A stretch of DNA of 64,000 nucleotides from the human T2T-CHM13v2.0 reference genome, Homo sapiens, in the NCBI RefSeq assembly GCF_009914755.1, contig NC_060935.1. One strand, 5' to 3'. The notes under the pieces were generated by a model. That model ran no database searches, was not told where the DNA came from, and was given only the letters and a program-made list of their open reading frames with translations. Shown here piece by piece: positions 56,097 through 64,000 of the stretch (position 1 is the first letter of the stretch; every line of letters starts with the position of its first letter). The translations under genes and the position numbers were made by a program.

Positions 56097-56747
56097 TAGG
56101 TTATTATTTATATATATATGTATATATTTGCAATAAACTCTACCTAAGGGCATGACTGATGAGGAATCATCTAAATGGAAGCTTCCTAGGCAGGGAGAAA
56201 ATAATTCAGAAATTTAAAGAAAGAAAGAAAAACAAATGATGTTAAATTATTATGGAGGCTGAGAATAAAAATTAAGAGTAGATCATGAAGTGCCCAGTTA
56301 CATAAAGAACTTACACCTTTTTTTTTTATTAGACTGAAGAACGGATAAAAGTATTGGCATTAAACAGGGGATAATCATCAAACATATAAAGTATTTTAAG
56401 TTAATATTTCTAACCTCAATGTTCAGGTCATAGAGTGACCAGTTGATGCAGTGAATATGATGGCTCAACAAAAGTCAGTAGGACAGTAAGTTGAGGGACA
56501 GTTGCTAGGACATGATGACTTTCAGTGATGAGAAAAAGAAAATGGTAGAGTTACATCATCATTAGAGTTGAGAATGAGATAGGAACACTAGTAAGACAGA
56601 ATATATGGAAGGAAGATACTTTGAAAGTGGAAGAGATGAATCTGTGACTATTCAAAGAGCAATTAAGGGACAAATTGCTTCTAGGTTTTGGGAATGGTAA
56701 AACAAGGACATTTAATTGGCTTTTATAACTCTTAAAAATGAAAGAAA

Positions 56748-57032
56748 GGCCCGTAATCCCAGCAATTTGGGAGCCCAAGTTGGGCGGATCACGAGGTCAG
56801 GAGATAAAGACCATCCTGGCTAACACAGTGAAACCCCGTCTCTACTAAAAATACAAAAAAAAATTAGCTGGGCGTGGTGGGGGGGCGCCTGTAGTCCCAG
56901 CTACTCGGGAGGCTGAGTCAGGAGAATGGCGTGAACCCAGGAGGTGGAGCTTGCCTTGAGCCGAGATCGCGCCACTGCACTCCTACCTGGGCGACAGTGC
57001 GAGACGCTGTCTCAAATAAATAAATAAATAAA
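56748..57032 (+). mobile_element. AluY lacking ~19 bp of the 5' A-box region
   Basis: accatcctggctaacac, gagaatggcgtgaaccc, ggagcttgc; (taaa)n tail. Confidence 0.93.
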
Positions 57033-57179
57033 AGCATGTAATCCTTCTTTAAAAATTCTGTATGACATTTATGGAATATTGGAGGTAATATAATTTAAAA
57101 ATACTTAGCAAAGTGGTCAACAATAGTTTAAAAACATTAAACAACAATTTCTGGTATTTTTTAAAAAATATTCATGTCT

Positions 57180-57518
<339 letters not shown>

Positions 57519-58981
57519 TCATGTCTTTATTCAGTAGAACCATTTGAGTTTTGAGGCAAAAACTACTTTTGTGTCAATTCTATTTATTCTGATCATTAGA
57601 AATGTAAAATAATTTGATATCTGTCAACACCATCCACCTGCCCAGGTTATATTTAAAAAAAAACAAATTAATATTGATTCAGGGGGTACATGTTGAAGTT
57701 TTGGCTTGGTATGATTCCATCACCCAAGTAGTGAACATAGTACTCAACAGTCAGCTTTTTGACTGTTGCCCTCCTCCTGCCCTCCCACCTTTTGGAATCC
57801 TCAATGTCTATTGTTCTTATCTTTATGTCCATGTGTATCCAATGTTTAGCTTTCACTTACAAGTGAAAACATGTGAACAGCGTTCCCTTTTCTCTGCAAC
57901 CTTGACAACATTTGTTATTTTTTGACTTTTTAAATGGTAGCCACTCTGACTGTTGTAAGACGTTATGCCATCATGGCTTTGATTTGCATCTCTCTGGTGA
58001 TTGGTAATGATGAACATTTTTTAATGTTTGTTGGCTGCATGTATGTTTTCTTTTGAGGAGTGTCTGCTCATGTCCTTTGCCTACTTTACAAATGTGTTGT
58101 TTTTTCCTTGTTTTGTTTGAGTTGCTGATAGATTCTGAATATTAGTCCTTTGTTAAATGCACAATTTGCAAATATTTTCTCCCATTCTATAGGTTGTCTG
58201 TTTACTCTTGATAGTTTCATTTGCTGTGCACAAGCTCTTTAGTTTGATTAGGTCCTACTTAATTGTTTTTGTTGTTGAATTTGCTTTTGAGGATTCCGTT
58301 ATAAATTATGTGCCCAGGCTAATGTCTATGAGTATTTCCTAAGTTTTCTTCTAGGATTTTTACACTTAGAAATCTTACATTTAAGAGTTCAATCCATTTT
58401 GAGTTAATGTGTGTGTATGCTGAGGTAGGGGTCCAGTTTCACTCTTCTGAATATTGTTATCCCGTTTTCCCAGCACCATTTATTAAATAGGATATCTTTT
58501 CTTTATTGTTTATTTTTGTCAACTTTCTCAAAGACCATTCGGTTGTAGGTGTACACCTTTATTTCTGGGGTCTCTATTCTGTTCCATTGGTTTATGTGTC
58601 TACTTTTATATTTCTAGTATAAAATATAAAAGTGCCATGCTGTTTTGGTTACTATAGCCTTTCAGTATAGTTTGGAGTCAGGTAATATGATGCCTCTGGC
58701 TTTGTTCTTTTTGCTTAAGATTGCTTTGGCTATTGGGGTTCCATTTTGTTCCATATGAATTTTAGAATTGTTTTTTCTAATTCTGTGAAAAATAGCATTG
58801 TTTATTTGACAGGAACAACGTGGAATCTGTAGATTGCTTTAGGTAGTATAGATATTTTATTGATATTGATTCTTCCCATCCATGGGCATGGAATTTTTTT
58901 TATTTGTGTCATCTGTGATTTCTTTCAGTAGTATGTAGTTCTCCTTGTAGACATGTTTCACCTCCTTGGTTATAAGTATTT

Positions 58982-58985
<4 letters not shown>

Positions 58986-59020
<35 letters not shown>
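58986..59020. repeat. (TG)n microsatellite
   Basis: About 17 uninterrupted units. Confidence 0.97.
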
Positions 59021-59023
<3 letters not shown>

Positions 59024-59182
59024 ACGTAGCTACTGTAAATGGTACTGCATTCTTGATTTGGTTCTCAGACTGAATGCTATTAGTATAAATAAATGCTACT
59101 GATTTTTGTACATTGATTTTATATCTTACTGAAGTTATATGTACAAGGTCTAGGAGTCTTTTGGCAGAATCTTTAGGGTTTT

Positions 59183-59509
59183 GTTTTCTTTTCTATTTTA
59201 TTTAATTAATTTATTTATTTACTTTTTTGAGATGGAGTCTCACTCTGTCACTCATGCTGGAGTGCAGTGGCACAATCTTGGCTCACTGCAACCTCCATCT
59301 CCTGGGTTCAAGCAATTCTTTGCCTCAGCTTCCCGAGTAGCTGGGATTACAGGCACACGCCACCACGGCTGGCTAATTTTTTTGTATTTTTAGTAGAGAC
59401 GGGGTTTCACCATCTTGACCAGGCTGGTCTTGAACTCCTGACCTCATGATCCACCTGCCTCAGCCTCCCAAAGTGTTGGGATTACAGGAGTGAGCCACCG
59501 CGCCCAGCC
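59183..59509 (-). mobile_element. AluS (Sg/Sc-like) inserted in L1
   Basis: TSD tctttagggtttt at 59170-59182 and 59511-59523. Confidence 0.95.
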
Positions 59510-62079
59510 GTCTTTAGGGTTTTCTTAGTTTAGAATCATTATCAGCAAACAGAGGTAATCTGACTTTCTCTTCTATTTGGATGCCCTTTATTTCTTTCTC
59601 TTGCCTGATTGCTCTGGTTAGGACCTTTAATACTATATTGAGTAGGAGTGATGAGAAAGGATATCCTTGTTATTTGACAGTTCTCAGGGGGAATGCTTTC
59701 AACTTATGCCTGTTTAGTATGATTTGGCTGTGTTTTTCTGGTTTGTTCAGAGATGCTTATTATTTTTAGGTATATTCCTTCAATGCTAAGTTTGTTAAGG
59801 GTTTTTATCATGAAGGAATGCTGTTTTTTATGAAATTCTTTTTTTTTGCATTTGTTGAGATGATTATATGGTTTTTACTTTTAATTCTGTTCATGTGGTG
59901 AATTACATATATTGATTTGTGTATGTTGAACTGTACTTGCATCACAGGAATAAAGTCTACTTGATTATGATGAATTATATTTTTGATGTGGTGCCAGATT
60001 CATTTTGCTAGTATTTTGTTGAGGACTTTTGAACCTATGTCATCAGGGATATTTTCCTGTAATTTTATTTCTTTGTTGTGTCTTTGCCAGATTTTGATGT
60101 CAGGATGATACCAGTTTCATAGAATGAGTTAGAGAGAAACCTTTCCTCCTTGATTTTTCGGAATAGTTTCAGTAGGATTGGGACAAGCTCTTATTTTTAT
60201 TTTTATATCTGCTAAAATGTGGCTAAGAATCCATTTGGCTCAGGGGCTTTTTTTTTTTTTTCGGTTGGTAGGTACTTCACAGTTTCAATTTTACTACTCA
60301 TTATTGTTCTGTTCGGAATTACTGCTTCTTCCTAGTTTAAACTTGGTAGATTGTGTGTTTCTAAAAATTTATCAATTTTCTCTAGCTTTTCTAGGTTTTA
60401 GTTTTTTTGTATAGAGAATTTTATAGTAGTCTCTGAGGATCTTTTGTATTCCTGTGGGATTGGTTGTAATGCCACTTTTGTCATTTCTGATAGTGCTTAT
60501 TTGAATATTATCTTTTTTCTTTATTAATTTGGCTAGTGGTCTATCAAATGTCTTTATCCATTCAAAGAACCAATTCTGTTTTATTGATCCTTTGTATGAT
60601 ATTTTTGAGTCTCAATTTCATTTAGTTTTTCTCAGATTATAGTTATATCTTTTCTTCTGCTAGATTTGGGTTTAGTTTATTCTTGTTAATTCAAGATCTT
60701 TCTATCTTCTTAATGCATGGTCGAGATTATTCTGATGTTACCCTTTGTGTGGTATATTTCATCACTGGCACCAATTTTTCACATCTCTCTATCCGTTATC
60801 ACCCTTAGTGATTCTTTTCAATAAAAGGGACAAGGGATAAATTGTAACTCATTGCAATTTTGTTACGGAGCAATGGTTTACTGACACAAATATGGAAAGT
60901 AGTTGCATTTATTAAAAGTCATTCGATATCATTCAATTCTCAAGTTAAAAATAGTATTCTTTTCAGTGGTTTTAGACTCACAAGACACTGTCAAATGTTG
61001 TTGGTTGGCAGTGATGTTCTCTGTACACAGGCTTCACATAAAGCGTGTAATAATATTTAAAAGCTTTCTGCATTTTCCTCCAGATAAAATCACAGCAATA
61101 GATCATGAAAGAGGTAATTTTTCTTTCATACATTTCTGTTGTGAAAAACACCACATCAAATCATGAATTCTTTTCTCTAATAAATGCAGTGTTCCAAACA
61201 AAATAGTCAACTGACAATGAATTACTACACTCCAACATTCTGGAGATGAATTGGAAATAGATCCTCTTTGCTTTGGGGTAATGCTCCCAGATGTTATCTA
61301 AACATAACTACAACAAGCAGTTTGGCTTATATTTACAAAAAATGCAACTGCAGAATTTAATTTTTTTAAGGAGAGTTAAAATAAAAAATATAAAATCTAT
61401 TCAGGAGTAGAAGCATAAGAACCATTACAGAATAAGTGCAACATTAATGATGTTGAGTGTGGAGCAATGATAAATATTATTTTAAAATACCACTCACTAT
61501 ATTGGCAATAGTTTTTAAATAATTATGTACAGAATATGGTTTACCTTGAATTTTTTTAAATTGAAAGCTCAATACATTGTATGCAGGATGTATGAAGTAA
61601 ATGGTCTTTAACAAATAAAAAGTACCTTATATGTTCTATTACACATTCTGTTAAATTTGGAAATAAATTTACAACCAAATAATCAGTTTAATATTAAGTG
61701 TTTCTTTTTGTGGGGAGTGAAATGTGCATTTTAAGGTTTGTAAATGAAATGATATGCATTACTATTCAGCTTTTAAATTAAGAAATTTATGTTTACCAAA
61801 AGCCTAAAATATCTAATCACTAGGTTATTGTTTCATAAGCTATCATTCTGCAATATACTAAAACATAATTTTAGAACATTACCAATTAAAAAATGTATAT
61901 GATAATAAAATTTCATTTATTTCTTCTATTGTTAAATTATTCTTTCATATCTAATGGTTATCCAATTGTTTACATATCAAAACCTTTTTGGATTAAAAAT
62001 TGGTAAAATAATTTCAAAGCATTATTTTCACATTTTATTTGGTTTTTATGTACGTATTTTTTTAAAGAATTTTCTTTCA

Positions 62080-62376
<297 letters not shown>

Positions 62377-63109
62377 TTAATTCTTCCTAAAAGGGAAATT
62401 ACACTACTCTTTGAGACATCAAGCCTTACTGTTCTCATGGTTTTGTACCATGCCTGATGATCAAAAGTGTTTATATTGCTTGATAAAAAATAATGTCTGT
62501 TTCAACTTTACTATCATTTGAACGTTACAATATCTCTAATTAGTTGAGAATGTTTTTCTTTCTTCTGAAATAAAGAGGCAATGCTTCATGTAACTTTTAG
62601 AGTCCTTTAGAATGAAAACATGAATAATCACTGTTCATATTTCATATTATCATTTAAAGACTAAGGATGGTAAAGGCAAGAGTAATAGTAGGCAAGTGAC
62701 CATTATGGTAATACGTAAGAGAAATGGTTGATCTACAATTGAAACATGGGCCTTAAGTTTGTTTTATATATTTAAAAACATATACCAAGTATATATCTGT
62801 AAAAATAGCTTCATTAGTTAAATTTCTTGAAAATTTATTTTAATGGGATGAATCTGTGAAGTGAGGAGAGGATAGTAAAAACTATTACATGACGGAGAAA
62901 GGAAAAATATTGGATTCTTTCCAACCACCATCTGCTGTCAGTTTCAGCTTCATCTATAAAACATATTTTAACATAAAATAAAGGCAATGCAAAGGTTACT
63001 ATAACTTTTCTGTTTGCAAGCAGCATTCAGAGACTATTAAGATGGGGGGGTACTCAAAATTTAGTGATCTAAATATTTTCAAGAAAAATAATGGAGTGAT
63101 TTTACAGAA

Positions 63110-63270
63110 ATCCAGAAGTAAAAACCTCTGTATGCCTCAGTTATTCATTCATAAATTGGGGTGATAAATATAACCAACTTCTACTATTACTCTGAGTCTT
63201 AAATAAGTTAATGTAAGTAGAGGGCTTATAAGGACAGGTGTCATAATAAAGTCACTAAGCACTTTATTAT
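63110..63270 (+). mobile_element. MIR
   Basis: aacctctgtatgcctcagtt...taaataagttaatgtaagtagagggctta. Confidence 0.7.
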
Positions 63271-63721
63271 CATATGTTGTACTACTAAACTCTCCTTGGA
63301 ATTAGTCCTTCTCTATAGTGTTGTTCCACTTTGGTGAACACAAATATAAAGTTTACTCTTTAGAGTAAAGCTGAAACCATTGTAATTTTTCTAGTAATTC
63401 AGAGTATGCTCTCTGTTTCACTTTTAAACTTGAACTTAATGCTACGTCTCCTAAGTAGAATATATATATATATAATATACCTAAGCAATAAATGCCACCT
63501 TCAAATCATGTAAACAATTTTGTAATCTTGCATATATCTATCACAGGACCATACTTACTGTCTACCAAACTCCTTATGTGTTCCTGTATAGCTGTACTTT
63601 GTAATGTAAACCATTCCCAAGCAACATCTTGCCTTTCTAAACTCTCTAATTCTAGCACTTAAACTCTTTATCTAATTCTAGATTACAGTTATATACTGTA
63701 TTATATAATATAGTACCCAGT

Positions 63722-64000
63722 TGGTGTGGTTTAGAATCGTGTCCCTGACAGAATCTCATGTCGAATTGTAATCCCCAGTGTTGGAGGAGGGGCCTGGTGG
63801 GAGATGATTGGACCATGGGGGAAGATTTCCCCCTTTCTGTTCTTGTGATAGTGAATGAGTTCTCACAAGATCTGATTGTTTAAAAATGTGTAGCACCTTC
63901 CCCCACTCTGTTTTCCTCCTACTCTAGCCATGTCAGACTTGCCAGCTTCCCTTTCATCTTCCACCATGATTTTAAGTTTCCTGGGGCCTCCCCAGCCATG
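63722..64000 (+). mobile_element. MSTA-like MaLR LTR (runs off the window)
   Basis: aatctcatgtcgaattgtaatccccagtgttggaggaggggcctggtggga. Confidence 0.92.

Larger units (their letters stand above)
57667..60715 (-). mobile_element. 5'-truncated old primate L1 (L1PA16/17 or L1PB-like)
   Basis: Antisense 3'UTR attcagggggtacatg and about 2.6 kb of antisense ORF2. Confidence 0.9.

Overview
AT-rich, repeat-dense catarrhine primate DNA, probably human or great ape (AluY, L1PA3/4, THE1 LTRs). No intact host protein-coding gene, tRNA, rRNA or CRISPR array can be supported. The long ORFs in the track are L1 ORF0/ORF1/ORF2 remnants, Alu-derived ORFs or chance ORFs. Contents: an internally deleted but TSD-bounded L1PA3/4 (21.3-24.8 kb), a 5'-only L1PA fragment with an open ORF0 (31.2-32.5 kb), a near full-length old L1PA16/L1PB-type element (33.6-40.2 kb), other L1/L2/MIR pieces, about 11 Alus or Alu monomers, THE1/MST/MLT1/ERV LTRs, Tigger1 and hAT MERs. 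Unique DNA holds a plausible minus-strand terminal exon (about 458-1232), a candidate internal exon near 53.5 kb, a strong CTCF motif and a motif-dense candidate enhancer near 46.3-46.5 kb. The most notable unexplained structure is a series of templated-insertion and fold-back scars. The clearest is a 232-bp inverted copy of nearby unique DNA pasted into an Alu linker through an 8-bp microhomology. I found no evidence for a new gene-encoded system. Repeat subfamily names come from recalled consensus sequences, not from a search.
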